DNA of 63,596 nt, counting the filler, from Stramenopiles sp. TOSAG23-6 (taxonomy: Eukaryota): the NCBI GenBank assembly GCA_900128565.1. It is 14 parts of 14 records of this genome, joined end to end, with 100 filler letters (N's around TTAATTAATTAA, not from the genome) between each part and the next. Parts side by side here need not be neighbours in the genome. Positions count along the whole stretch, not along the records: positions 45,265 to 51,610 come from LT636715.1; positions 51,711 to 58,055 come from LT636716.1; positions 58,156 to 59,164 come from LT639967.1; 11 more parts are not named here. One strand, 5' to 3'. The notes under the pieces are model-generated. The model was given only the letters and a program-made list of their open reading frames with translations, had not been told where the DNA came from and made no database searches. The position numbers and the translations under genes are program-made. The first letter of the stretch is position 1. Each line of letters opens with the position of its first letter. Positions 45,423 to 58,208 of the stretch are shown in pieces.

Positions 45423-48400
45423 ATGAACATGAGTTCTCTAGGTACAAAATTTAGTACGGAAAAAACAAATAATGTCGAACAAAATACAGAAGTCAACCCT
45501 AACCCTAATGTTGATAATAACCCTAACCCTAATGATAATGAACGTCTAGATATCAAAAATGATTGTCCATTTTTTGAAAAAAAACAAAAAAAACAAAAAA
45601 CATATCTTCAAAATCTTCAAAATCAACAATATAAAAATAGTCAAAATACAGCATTTGATATATCACAAAGATCCACAGCTGTACTGTATGTTTTTTTTTT
45701 AAATTTGAAATTGAATTTGTTTTTTTTTTTTTTTTNNNNNNNNNNNNNNNNNNNNNNNNNNNNNNNNNNNNNNNNNNNNNNNNNNNNNNNNNNNNNNNNN
45801 NNNNNNNNNNNNNNNNNNNNNNNNNNNNNNNNNNNNNNNNNNNNNNNNNNNNNNNNNNNNNNNNNNNNNNNNNNTTTTTTTTTAAAATTGAAATTTAATT
45901 TTTTTTTTTTTTTTTTTTGGTAAAAAAATGTTGTACCTAACATTTTTTTTTTTTTTTTTGAAATATTTTTCCAAATTACATGTACGAAATGGATGGTTAC
46001 CCTAACCCTACGAAATTAAATGTACAAGAAAGTAAAACGAATGTGTCACGAGGGTTAGGGTTAGGGTCACGAGGACATTTGAATACTAAACACTCAAAAG
46101 TGGATCGTGTACGTTTTCAATTTTTGTTTTTTTTTCGTACGAAATTTCGTACCTAACGATTTTCATTTTTTTTTCATTTTTTTTTTTCATTTTTTTTTCA
46201 TTTTTTTTTGTTTTTTTTCGTACGAAATGTTGTACCTAACAATTTTTTACTACAATTTTAAAAAATATTTTCTAAACAGTACATCAACGTCATCCTATTT
46301 CAAGCTTCACTGCAGACGCGCGTAATTTATCTTTTATATCACCAAGCCCAACTCCAGTCCTTCTACATCGAAAACGAGTTAACCCTAACCCTAACCCTAA
46401 AGAAGATGTTTCAAATAGACTCTCTAATCCTAAAGAAGATGTTTCAAATAGTCTGTATTCTAGTATTTCTACTAATATTTCTAGTATGTCTTTACAAGAT
46501 AATGAAACACAAAAATCACAAAATATTGACAACATTGGCAAGAAAGATCAAATCCTACTAACTCATCAAGGATCTCAAAATAATACTGTTCATTCACAGT
46601 TAAATTCTACTATAAAAACACTTGAGAGTGCATCAAAAGCAGCATTAATAAGAACAAATACATTGAAAAGAAATCTAGACAAAAACAATATACAAAATTA
46701 TTCAAGAGTAGAGACTATTAGTACTACTACTACTACTAATAATAATATTCATACTACTACTACTACTAATAATAATAATACTACAACAAATACAAATAAA
46801 TATCTCACAAAATAATAGTTCAAATATTGATACTGAAGTCATCTTTAGGTCGCAAACGCAATATGAAATGAGATCTACACAACAATACAACCCTAACCCT
46901 AACCCTAACCCTAAAAAAAACACACTGAACTCAACTGCTATCCCTAACCCTACAGAGATATATCAAGATATTGAGAAAAAATCAAAACGTTCTCGAATTG
47001 TCCAAAAAGTAGGTTTTCAAAATTGATTCTTTTGTTTCGAAAAAATTTCAAAAAAAAGTTGAAATTTTTTTTTTTAACATTTTTTTAACATTTTTTTAAC
47101 ATTTTTTTAACATTTTTTTAACATTTTTTTTACATTTTTTTTATATTTTTTTAACATTTTTTTAACATTTTTTATACAAAAACGTTTAGCTTATATATAT
47201 ATATTTCTTTTACACTATTTTCACAAAATACAGGTACTTCAGAGTTGGAAACATGTATGTTTTTTTTTTTTTTTAATGTATTAATTTTTTTCGTACGAAA
47301 TTTTGTACCTAACAACTTTTTTTTTTTTTTTAATATTTTTCCAAAATACATGGCAGGCTTCGGAACAATATTACAAATCAACAAAAAACGAGCCCTAACC
47401 CTAGTGGTAGTGTCCAACAAACTGCACATTCAATTATAGAAAACTATCAGGAGCAAAAACATTCTCCAGCAAACCCTAACCCTATTTCAAAAAATATCGA
47501 CAATCATTCAGTAAAAACACGAAATAAATCTTTGAACAAAACGTTGAATCCAAACAATACAAAATTTTATATGCCAGCGTATCACAAGGGGTTAGGGTTA
47601 GGGTTAAAACGAACAAAAAACCAAATAACAATTCGACCATTTTCAACACCAACGGAGATGAATCCCAATCCTAATAACCCCAACCCTAATAACCCAAATC
47701 AATCAAAGCATCAAAATCATCCTTGTTCAACTAACCCGAATAACCCTAACCCTAAATTTCAACAACAAAATGAGCAAAACTTTCAACAAATTCTTCATCA
47801 TTATTCTTCTGTACAACATAACAAAAATGATGGACATGTACGTTTTATATGAATTTCTAATTTAATTTTTTATATGAATTTCTAATTTAATTTTTTTTTT
47901 TTTGGTTTTTATAAAAATTTCGTACCTAACAAATTAAATTTTTTTTTTTAAATATTTTTTCACAATACATCCTAATTATAAATCCTTAAGTAACACTTTA
48001 AATATTGTGTCGCCTTTTGTAACTGAAAAAATAACAGAAAAAATAACAGAAAAAATAACAGAAAAAAAAAACAGAAAACCCTAACCCTAAGGGCGACATT
48101 CGAAATGTGTTAATACACCCTAACCCTAGATTAAATACACATTCAACTTCAAGTGAGAAAGAAGAGTTTAATCGTGTTAAATTGGATAACTATTTACGTG
48201 TATCGCGCGGGTCACGTACAACAAGCCGTAACCCTAACCCTAATCGTGTTAGCCATATATCTGCAGCAACTGCTGTGGCTGCAGCAGCATCTGCTGCTCG
48301 AAATAAAGAATTTGAAAAAACATCTACAACACGAAATAAAGAATCCTTCCATAGGATTTCGACGCCGTATTTGTTAAATACTAGGACAAACTCTACAAAT

Positions 48401-48532
48401 AATACTACTATAAATAATACTACTACAAATACTACTACAAATAACAATACTATAAATAATACTACAAATGATAATAGTATAAATAATACAAATGATAATA
48501 TTATAAATACTACTATAAATAATACTACTACA

Positions 48533-48570
<38 letters not shown>

Positions 48571-48913
48571 AAATAATACTACAAATAATAATAATAATAA
48601 TACTACAAATAATAATAATAATAATACTACTACAAATAATAATACTATAAACTTTTCAAAACCAAATGTAGGTCATTCTATTCCAATTGTTCAAAGTGAA
48701 ACTAAAAATGAAAGTGATACTACAAATAAAAGTGATTTAATAGACAATGTGGAAAAAAATAAAAAACAAACGTCAAAAACACGAAATAAAAGAAGCTCAA
48801 AAAATAAACGGAGTAAATCAAAAAATAAAACATCCAAAAAAACACGAAAAATGAGTTCAAAGACGTCTCGATCATCAAAAGCCAAAAAGAAAAAGTCAAA
48901 ATCTACGAAATAA
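45423..48913 (+). CDS. Low-complexity Asn/Thr-rich multi-exon protein (structure approximate)
   Basis: Successive ORFs separated by family introns near 45686, 46109, 47009, 47255 and 47838; many NP repeats. Confidence 0.45.
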
Positions 48914-49353
48914 CTTTTTTAAACAATAAATCAAATAATTAAAGTGTAAAAAACTTCCATTTTTCGTGTTTTTAAAGTATATTGCGAAATAACTTTTTTT
49001 AAAACAATAAATCAAATAAGTTTAAGTGTAAAAAACTTCCATTTTTCGTGTTTTTTAAGTTTATTTTTTGTTTTTTAAGTAGATTTCAGAGTTTTGAAAC
49101 ATCAATTATTCATCTTTTAAAGCTACTATATAATATTATATATAAAGCTAATATTGAATATCGTTAAATATTTGAGAAAAAACAAGAAAACACGAAATCC
49201 CTACATCCTGAATGAAAAATCAAAATATAACTATAACAGGTTTGTCCCAACAATTACCGTTTCCCCAGGAACTCAAAGAAGACAAGAGGTGGCTGATGCA
49301 GGAACTCGGCCAACAATTTTCTATATAATATCGTATTGTATAGAAAGTTTTAA

Positions 49354-50227
49354 ATGACAACAATGAAGAATACTTTTCAATATCATCTATTCCATACTGT
49401 AGGTTTGCTGGGTTTGATTCTACTTGGATGCGAAGCCGGAGAAAAAATATATGGTGAATGTAACATAGACAGTGAGTGTAGAGGTCGCTTATACTGCAAT
49501 CACTACGGGGGTTTATTATCTACTGGCACCACCCACTCTGGAGCGCCATCTAATGTTTACTGTGATGAGGGATGCTCAAGCGGCGTTTTGCACTACCAGC
49601 ACCAACAACACCAACAACACCAACAACACCAACAACACCAACAACACCAACAACACCAACGACACCAACAGGCGGTGGATCAGGCGGTGGATCAGGAGGT
49701 GGTGGTGGATCAGGAGGTGGTGGAGGTATTGGTACACACAACGCTGATGATAAACAAACAACATGGGAAAAATACAAAGTCTTGATTATTGTTGTAGTAT
49801 TACTATTTGTTGTTGGGGTTTCAACTTTTGTGGTGATTTGGTATTACAAAAAAAAGTATAAACCAAACCAAAATATTCAAAATAATCAAAAGACTACTAC
49901 ACTTCATGGAAAATTAACAAAATCAGACTTGAAGTCAGATATTCATGGAGCTAATGGATCTCATGTATGTCTTTTTTTTTTTTTACTATGAATTTATTTT
50001 TCGTACGAAATTTTGTACCTANNNNNNNNNNNNNNNNNNNNNNNNNNNNNNNNNNNNNNNNNNNNNNNNNNNNNNNNNNNNNNNNNNNNNNNNNNNNNNN
50101 NNNNNNNNNNNNNNNNNNNNNNNCTCAGTCATCACTAAAGGCTGATCCAAACACTCCAAGAGCTCATGTAATATCAACAACAACAGTTGTCCCAACTGCA
50201 CCAACTGCACCAACTGCATTTCCTTGA
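49354..50227 (+). CDS. Type I membrane protein (Cys-rich head, PTT stalk, Gly linker, TM) with an apparent frameshift near 49586
   Basis: Signal peptide and Cys domain in one frame; (PTT)n-GGGS-TM in another; family intron at 49965. Confidence 0.55.
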
Positions 50228-50544
50228 AAGAGAACGATTTTTTGAAAGATTTTTTTTGAAAGATTTTTTTTGAAAGATTTTTTTTGAAAGATTTTTTTTG
50301 AAAGGTTTTTACATTAATCTATTTTGAATGTATAACATATTTTTACATGTTTTCTAATAAAAGATTTGAATGATTTCGCCACGATTTCGTGTTTTTTGTG
50401 TTTACTTATTATATAAATGAAAAAAAGAATGTAACAACAAATGAAAAGGTTTTGAACATTAAAAATTTATCCTTTTTATTTTTTATACTGTCATGTTTTT
50501 TAATGTTTTTTTTTTTCTTGTTAAATTTTTTTTTGACATACATT

Positions 50545-51065
50545 TTAATGTTTTGCGTTTTTTTTTGCTTCCAACACATCTACTGTGTTAAAAAACAATC
50601 CATCATCATCACTTTCAAAGTCATCATTATAATTATTATTATCATTATCATCATTATTATCAATATTATTATCAATATTATTATTTTTTTTTGTTTCGTT
50701 ATTTTGATTTTTTTTCGTTTCATTTGTACTAAATGCACCTACAAATTCAAAATATGAAATTTTGGTGTCATTATTTACATCACAATATTTAAATAATTGT
50801 AACATTTCTTCATTGGTTGGTTTTGGTATAATATCTAAACACGAAATCCCAAATTTCATCTCTGAAAATGTAATTTTGGTTTCACTGTTTTTTTTAATCC
50901 AATGAAAGAGTTTGTCATATACTGTGAAAAAATATAAAATAGAGTTTGACACGTATATTAGATAATATAGATTTATTCTATATGAAAATCACAAGAATAC
51001 ATTTGCATCATTTGATCATTTGATCATTTGATCATTTGAAGTGAATGTTAAAAGTGATTACAATC

Positions 51066-51102
<37 letters not shown>

Positions 51103-51112
51103 TAGCAAAAAA

Positions 51113-51144
<32 letters not shown>

Positions 51145-51475
51145 TTTTTAGGTACAAAATTTTTATAAAAACCAAAAAAAAATTTCAATTTTTTTGTAAA
51201 AAAAAAAATAAAACATACATCATCATCATCAGATGGAGTACTATTCGATGAAATAGACGTAGAATTAGTTGTCTGATTATGAGCTCTTCTATCATGTTGT
51301 TGTAATGCCAACTTTGCTTTTTTTATAGCCATGTTTTTGTTTTTATTTTTTGATTTATTTTTTGATTTATTTTTTGATGAAAGAGAATATCTATCATTAT
51401 TATACAAAGCTGATACTAATTCCTCATAACTAATACTGTTCGAACTATCTAAATCAAATGATGCAAATACGATAT
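50545..51475 (-). CDS. EF-hand protein, 3' exons; intron 50917-51218
   Basis: FDLDSSNSISYEE and CDVNNDTKISYFE loops. Confidence 0.7.
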
Positions 51476-51773
51476 TGTAAGGAAATATGTCAAAAATTTC
51501 AAAAATGTTTGTTAGGTATGAAATTTTTTTTTGAAATTAAAAAAAAATAAAAAAACAACAATCATTGCTTGGGTACACATCTTTACAAAAAACATTTAAA
51601 AAAAAAAAAANNNNNNNNNNNNNNNNNNNNNNNNNNNNNNNNNNNNNNNNNNNNTTAATTAATTAANNNNNNNNNNNNNNNNNNNNNNNNNNNNNNNNNN
51701 NNNNNNNNNNTTTTATAAAAAAATAAATTCGATTTTTTTTTACCGGAAAAAAAAAAAAAAAAATAAAACATAC

Positions 51774-52964
51774 ATAGTACATGCTATAATATAACTTTGT
51801 CCTGCTTCAAGTCCATTTAATCCTGCATATATGTAATACGAAAAATATTTCAAAAAAAAAATTACAATCTGTTAGGTACACACTTTCGTACGAAAACCAA
51901 AAAAAAAAAATGATGAAAACGTACATGTTGATTGAATTCGTGCAGAAGATACCGAGAAGACACGTATTGTGAAAAAATATTTCAAAAAAAAAAACTTAAA
52001 TTTGTTAGGTACGAAATTTCGTATGAAAACCAAAAAAAAAAAATTAAATTAGAAATTCATATAAAACATACACGCATATACAAAATAGAATGGGCCCAAA
52101 TCAACCAAAATACCATTTGAAGTTGAAAAATATTTAACAGGAAATCCCAAGTAGCTAAATGGTTGAATGATCACATCTATAATTGCAGCTAAGTGATGCC
52201 CGGCAGGGAAGGAAATGTATATTGTGAAAAAATATCTTTCAAAAAAAAACCTTAAATTTGTTAGGTACAAAATTTCGTATGAAACCAAAAAAAAAATAAA
52301 TTTGAAATGAATGATGAAAACGTAGATGAGTCGAACCACCCGTTGTAAAATAATAACAGAGTAGTGGCAAAGAAGCAAAGCCAGGCAAGATGATCTTATA
52401 GCGCCATCTAAGTTCTAATACATCATCTGCAAATCCAAGAAATAACATGAATGTGATAGAAGCCAAAGCTGCGTTATACGCTGCTAGCTCCTCATGAGAA
52501 CGAGCAAAAGCACAGCCCATTAGAGTTACACAAATGAGATATACTGTGCCACAAACAATTCCCAAAGACTCCGCAACTTTAACTTTTTCTTTTGACGTTC
52601 CACGACGACCAAGATCATAACCCCAAAGATTTGCACGAATCAACATCAATTTTATTTGAGGAATAATTTGAACAGTTGATATATACGAAAAAGTACATAA
52701 AAATAACACACAAAATATTTTTGTATTTCGACCACGAAAATCTCCATCTTGATCAAAATATACAGTACCACGTGACCATAACTGTACTAACAATACCATT
52801 GGCAATATTAAAGGTCCAAGGATTGTAATATATTGAAACGTCGAGCACATACTGTTTGACATAGAAAAAGAAACATTTGAAATATCTGCTGCTAACTTTT
52901 CTTTTTCTACCTTTTTATTTGCAGCTGTTTTACGAGATCTCAGTTCCAAATTAGGATTTACCAT
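51774..52964 (-). CDS. DPAGT1: UDP-GlcNAc:dolichyl-phosphate GlcNAc-1-phosphotransferase (3' truncated); introns 52217-52325, 51962-52071, 51831-51924 and one starting at 51773
   Basis: VAESLGIV, FLGFADDVLELRWRYK; spliced product [35 protein letters not shown]. Confidence 0.95.
51831..51924 (-). mobile_element. Family intron, GT...AT
   Basis: Removal restores the conserved [13 protein letters not shown]. Confidence 0.92.
51962..52071 (-). mobile_element. Family intron, GT...GT
   Basis: Removal restores [11 protein letters not shown]. Confidence 0.9.
52217..52325 (-). mobile_element. Family intron, CT...AC on the sense strand
   Basis: CAT|CTACGTTTTCATC...GTACCTAAC...CACAATAT-AC|ATTTCC joins GGSTH|ISFP. 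Confidence 0.75.
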
Positions 52965-53409
52965 GGAAAGACAACGGTCTTCTATTGGAGATGAATGGTA
53001 CTACTCGGGTTCTTATTATGTGTGCTAATAATCAATTCGATGCTTATTGATGCGAGGTGCAACGTGATTGTATTCTGCTAATGCTATTTTTGGACTGTAG
53101 ACCTATATTATAATATTACGTCTTCACATGAAATCGTAAGTTTTGTTGTTTACGTTGTTTACACCACGTATAACTACGAAGTAGCAAAATTTAATGAGAT
53201 GACGATGACATCATTGTTGAATCTCAAATCATTTTGAAATTTTTGATTGATTTTTGTTTTCGAGATTTCGTGTTTCGGAAATATTAGTCATTTTCAATTT
53301 CGAGTTGTCTTTTTATGTCTTTTTTTATTCGTAATTATTCACAAAAAACACGACTTCTTTTACTTCTTTTACTTCTTTTACTTCTTGCAGGCATTAACTT
53401 GACTAAACA

Positions 53410-54477
53410 ATGTCTTTCCCTTGGAATGAAAATTCAGCACCAGCTCCTGTTCGAGGTGCGCGACGTGGTCGAGGAACAAATGAAGCTCCGACTTCACTAT
53501 GGGGTCCACCTCCTGCTCAGTCAGAAAATAAATCGAGGGGTAATCCTTCACAGAGGACTCCACCACCGTGGGGTTTAGACCAAACAAAGTCTCCAACTTT
53601 GACACAAGCACAAGTGCTTCATCAAAGACAACATAACCAACACGCAAAACTTACCAATGAACCTAAAAGTTTTGCACGTGAAGAGTTTGTCGCACAGACT
53701 TCAAATGTACCTCTTCCAAAAAAGTTTGAAATACCTGAAACTTTTCCCGAAGAAGAGCAGCGTTTGGTCGCGGATATGATGAATAATGGATATGAAGAGG
53801 CACAGATTATCGAAGCTATTATGGATCTGCGAGAATCGTTAAAGGCTCAACTGCGAAATTGGCAGGCGAACGAAAACGAACGCGGGAGAAACAAATTACG
53901 CGAGGGATCTCAAGAAATGTTCGCAAACTCTTCGCAGAATCAGGGCCAGATGAACGTCTCCCCTCCAGAATTAACACATCAAAGTGTGAATTCCGGTAAA
54001 CAATCTCGGAGTGATATATCGGCTCCTTGGGATAGAGAGGAAAAGATTCGTCCTGGAATTCGCAGAGTGTCTCGAAACAGGAGAGAAACTGCTCCATTTG
54101 CAGTTGATGAAGAAAACCTCAAGACGAATGGCACACAACACGTCAATCGTGGAAATACCAACGGCATAATGCAAAATCAAAAACGAGATCGTCGGACACT
54201 AAAAATGCAGCGAGATGATAAAGTTAAAGCACGCGAGGAAGGGAGTAAGATGTACGTTTTCATAATTAATTTCAATTTTTCTTTCATACGAAATTTTGTA
54301 CCCAATTATTTTTTTTTTGAAATGTACGTTTTCATTTAAATGTCCAAACTTTAAAACAATATTTTTCTAAAATTCAGATGTGCTGGAGGTGTCGTCTGGC
54401 AGTCAGCTGCACGGGATTCAAATGATGCAGCGCGGGCAACAAGAGAGAGAAATATGGGAACAACCTCGCTTTGGTAA
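53410..54477 (+). CDS. Hypothetical protein; GT-AG family intron 54252-54377
   Basis: Spliced frame ends ...GSKI-CAGGVVW...MGTTSLW*. Confidence 0.6.
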
Positions 54478-54774
54478 AACAATTTTTATTGATATTATCA
54501 AATAACCGGGGGGAACTCCCCGCGGGGGGAGGGTAAATTTATAAGTTATTATTCAAATTTGAGTTATATAAGAGAGTCATCCGCTCTAAATAAAAAATCC
54601 ACCGCAAGGCAAACATACTATTATTTCTCTCCCTTGTTGCTCGCGATGATCCATGAAACTACCTATGAATCCAATAGCAAATATCATTGGGGTGCTAGCA
54701 ACGGGATTTGGATGCACCTGCACCGACGATCAAAGTTGAGTATTATCTTGAAGGACATTTTTTAGGTTTAAAAN

Positions 54775-56622
54775 TTAAATATAGTGGGTACTCGAAACAA
54801 GAGTTGGATACACTTGTACCGAGGATAAAAGTTGAGTGTTATCTTGAAGAATCTCCTCTGGGCTATGTAAACTGGAGCCAATAACTTCAGTGCCCCAACG
54901 ATATACATCACCTTTCTGAGTAAGAATCAAATTGCTCGTACTACCGGCTGATATTTCAGTCACATTTTTTTCATTCAAAGATAAGACTTCAGTAGGAATC
55001 ATTCGCCTGGAAAAATCTCCCACACCTAGTTGACCATCACCACCCATACCGAAGCTATATACAGTTCGACATTCTTCTGTTAACACAAGGCTGTGATCAC
55101 TGCCTGCACTTATTTTTCTGATGGATGTTCCTTGTAAAGTTTCTATTTCAACTGGAAATAATTTATTTTCTCCTTCTTTTACACCATCCCCATGCTCAAC
55201 AGATCCGTGACCAAGTTGTCCATCAACTCCATAACCCCAAGAAAAAACTCTACCAGGAACTCCTTCCGATGATGTGCCAATTGCTAGACTGTGATATCCA
55301 CCAGCGCTTACTTGAGAAAATGATCTCTTTGCCATACTTTCGATCCGTTTTGGTGAAAGCACTTTTTGTGTATCACCGTGGCCCAATTTACCAGCAAAAC
55401 CTGAACCCCACGAAAAAAGAAAACCTTGATCTTCAAATCCACGGATAAAAGAGTGTTTCTGGGAAGCTATCGCAAGTGTGTGATTGCCACCAGCAGAGAT
55501 CTGTTCAACATTGTAGTCTTGAAATCCAGGAATAAACGTAGGACTTAAACGTGTGTTCTCATCGCCAGTACCTAATCTGCCTGACTTACCTTGACCAAAA
55601 CTAAACACAGTTCCATTATCGAACAAAACAACACTATGGACTGTTCCTGCACTCACTTGTGTTGCTTTGCGACCTTCAATATTTTGGATAACAGTGGGCT
55701 CTTCCCGATCATCAGTATCTCCATGTCCCAGTTGGCCAGTAAATCCATCACCAAAACTAAACACGTCTCCTGTTGTTGATAAGAGCAAAACATGGAAAGC
55801 ACCGACACTTACTTGCACAACTAAAGACTGACGGAGAGAAGCAACCACGTTACACACGGCAAAGCTTGGAAACAATTCAGGTTTGCCTTCGCGGTTGGCG
55901 TCAAGATCGCGTTGTTGTTGCAAAAGTAATAGTTGCTGCCGAAGAAATTGTCGACGTTCTTGGGGTTTTCCTCCTCGGACCGAAGAGTTACTATCAATCC
56001 CGAAAACTGAATGAACGTCACCATTCACATTTAACACTAGATTTTTGTGAGCGTCTCTAGATCCACTACCAGATGATATTCGACACTCGGGTGAATGAGA
56101 GAGTTTTTTGTTTTGTCGAGACACAAACTCTATTTCACTGAGCCAATGAGGCCACGACTTAAAGTTCCCTTTTGATAACCAAAATGTTTCTGAAAGAATA
56201 TCACGCGCACGATCACAACATGCGAATTGAATAAGTTTTTCTTCGAATAAAGAACACACGATCGGTATTGAACGCAGCTCATCAACTGTCATAAATGTGA
56301 GAACTTTCACGATCATATCTTCGCCTAGCGGGAAGGATGAACTCGTTTCCGACACACTTGAAAAGTCATGCTTCTTCGAGGCTAATGAAATAGATCGGGA
56401 AAATGCAGGTAAGGGCTTTCGAACACGTAAACGTTTCTTTTGGGTACTATATAGTATACTTTTTCTAACTTTGAAAGAGGCGAACTCGGAATATTTTTTC
56501 TGACCGAGCGCATCATACGGGGATCTACCTTTTTTTTTGTTTTTGAAATCATTCTGTTTACTCTCTACCAAATCCGATAGACGACATGGATATGAACACG
56601 ACCTACGGAAGCCACTACTCAT
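54775..56622 (-). CDS. RCC1-repeat (UVR8/HERC-like) protein with possible F-box-like N-terminal motif
   Basis: Multiple (V/I)SAG..H....G.V(F/Y)S(F/W)G.G..GQLG.G repeats; LGEDMIVKVLTFM motif. Confidence 0.88.
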   Translation of the reverse strand: MSSGFRRSCSYPCRLSDLVESKQNDFKNKKKGRSPYDALGQKKYSEFASFKVRKSILYSTQKKRLRVRKPLPAFSRSISLASKKHDFSSVSETSSSFPLGEDMIVKVLTFMTVDELRSIPIVCSLFEEKLIQFACCDRARDILSETFWLSKGNFKSWPHWLSEIEFVSRQNKKLSHSPECRISSGSGSRDAHKNLVLNVNGDVHSVFGIDSNSSVRGGKPQERRQFLRQQLLLLQQQRDLDANREGKPELFPSFAVCNVVASLRQSLVVQVSVGAFHVLLLSTTGDVFSFGDGFTGQLGHGDTDDREEPTVIQNIEGRKATQVSAGTVHSVVLFDNGTVFSFGQGKSGRLGTGDENTRLSPTFIPGFQDYNVEQISAGGNHTLAIASQKHSFIRGFEDQGFLFSWGSGFAGKLGHGDTQKVLSPKRIESMAKRSFSQVSAGGYHSLAIGTSSEGVPGRVFSWGYGVDGQLGHGSVEHGDGVKEGENKLFPVEIETLQGTSIRKISAGSDHSLVLTEECRTVYSFGMGGDGQLGVGDFSRRMIPTEVLSLNEKNVTEISAGSTSNLILTQKGDVYRWGTEVIGSSLHSPEEILQDNTQLLSSVQVYPTLVSSTHYI

Positions 56623-56993
56623 ACTGAGATAGAATAGTACACAATGTCCCCTTTGAGATCAATGAGATAGATAAAATATCTTTAAAACCAGTGAAGAATT
56701 CGAATTGTGTTTTCTTTTTACTGGTACAGGACTGCATAAATGCCATTCTACGTCATTCATTAATTTTGAAACAATTTGAAACGTTGAATTTTCGTAGAAT
56801 TCGTGTTTTCAAATAATCTGAAATCGCGAAGAAGAAGGAAAATGTCGTCATATGACAGCAAGAAATTTTTTCATTGGCTTGACACAGACATTGCCGATTG
56901 GATTGACCACCAGATAGATTCTTTCACCACTTTGTAATAAGTCTTTATTTATTACACTCTTGAAGCATTCACACCAATTTTAAAGATTGACTT

Positions 56994-58055
56994 ATGAGCA
57001 AACTACTTTCAAGCAAAATGATTACGCTTCCTCCGACAAAAAATGATACTAAAAGTTACGCATTACACCTTAACAACGTAAATGTTTTTGATGCTATCAT
57101 AAGAGTTTTATCCAGTGTCGATGTAAGTTCTGATGCCAATCTCTTTGCTGTTCCACTGCTATACCATGCAGTTGCTGCCGATGAAATTGATGGCGTTCGA
57201 ATGCTTTTAAATCGGTGTAAATTTGACATTAACAGGAAGGTTGAAATTAAGAACCTAGTTCAAGGTTACACTGCACTTCACTTGGCAGTTGATCAAGTAC
57301 ATCCCGAAATTGTGTCAGTCTTGCTTTCCCACGGCGCCACAGTCGAAACTAAAACGAATAGTGGTCACCTCCCTCTCAACATTGTAAATATCCCTTATTA
57401 CCCAATGTTGTTTTCTACTTTTCAAATATTATGTCACCTTTTTCTCATTCTTATTACAATTTGTCACTTTAAAAATTTACATGCAGCAATTCGAGGAAAT
57501 GTTTCAATCGTCGAAATGCTTTGTAGATTTGGTGCCAAAGTAAATGCAAAAGGATCACATGGAAATTCCCCTTTGATTGATGCAGCAGAAGCTGGTAACA
57601 TTAAAAGTGTTGAGTATCTAATCAAAAATGGTGCGAATATTCATGCGCAAAACGACTCCGGAAGCACAGCCTTAATCCGTGCAGCGTTCTGTGGTTACTT
57701 CAAAATTGTTTATTTTTTATTACTTAACGGAGCAATTGTAGATCACCAAGATAATATTGGTAATACTGCTCTGATGAAAGCTGTCATCAAAGCTCAAAAC
57801 GTTGAGGTCATTAAAATACTTTATAAATTTGGTGCGTGTAAACATATCACGAATAAATATGGCAACAGTGCTTTGAAAATAGCATTAGAAGACCAAAACC
57901 AGTTCATCGTAAGAGTTTTATCTGAAAGTTGTATGATTTATTTTTTTTTTTACAGAAAAATCGAATTTATTTTTTTCGTACGAAATGTTGTACCTAACAA
58001 TTTTTTTTTTTTTTGAAATATTTTCCTAAAATATAGACGTGATATTGTTGAATCA
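56994..58055 (+). CDS. Ankyrin-repeat protein (3' truncated); introns 57384-57482 and 57931-58036
   Basis: GYTALHLA, GHLPLNI|AAIRGN, GNSPLIDAA, GSTALIRAA, GNTALMKA. Confidence 0.9.
57384..57482 (+). other. In-frame 99-bp intron GT...AT lacking the internal family motif
   Basis: The 33 inserted codons split an ankyrin repeat; removal gives GHLPLNIAAIRGN. Confidence 0.85.
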
Positions 58056-58208
58056 NNNNNNNNNNNNNNNNNNNNNNNNNNNNNNNNNNNNNNNNNNNNT
58101 TAATTAATTAANNNNNNNNNNNNNNNNNNNNNNNNNNNNNNNNNNNNNNNNNNNNTACAAAATTTCGTATGAAAAATAAATTCGAAATTGAAAAAAAATA
58201 AAACATAC

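Noticed and set aside
48400-48650. AAT/ACT microsatellite-like tract and long poly-T runs
   Set aside because: Ordinary low-complexity sequence in an AT-rich genome; homopolymer lengths near contig ends are unreliable.
52217-52325. CT...AC intron as a GT-AG intron of an opposite-strand gene
   Set aside because: The element core and DPAGT1 are both oriented on the minus strand, and no plus-strand gene is evident.
57388-57480. ATATCCCTT...TTTAC as a U12 AT-AC intron in the ankyrin gene
   Set aside because: It would leave two extra residues (PLNIVNAA) that disrupt ankyrin spacing; GT...AT gives the consensus length.
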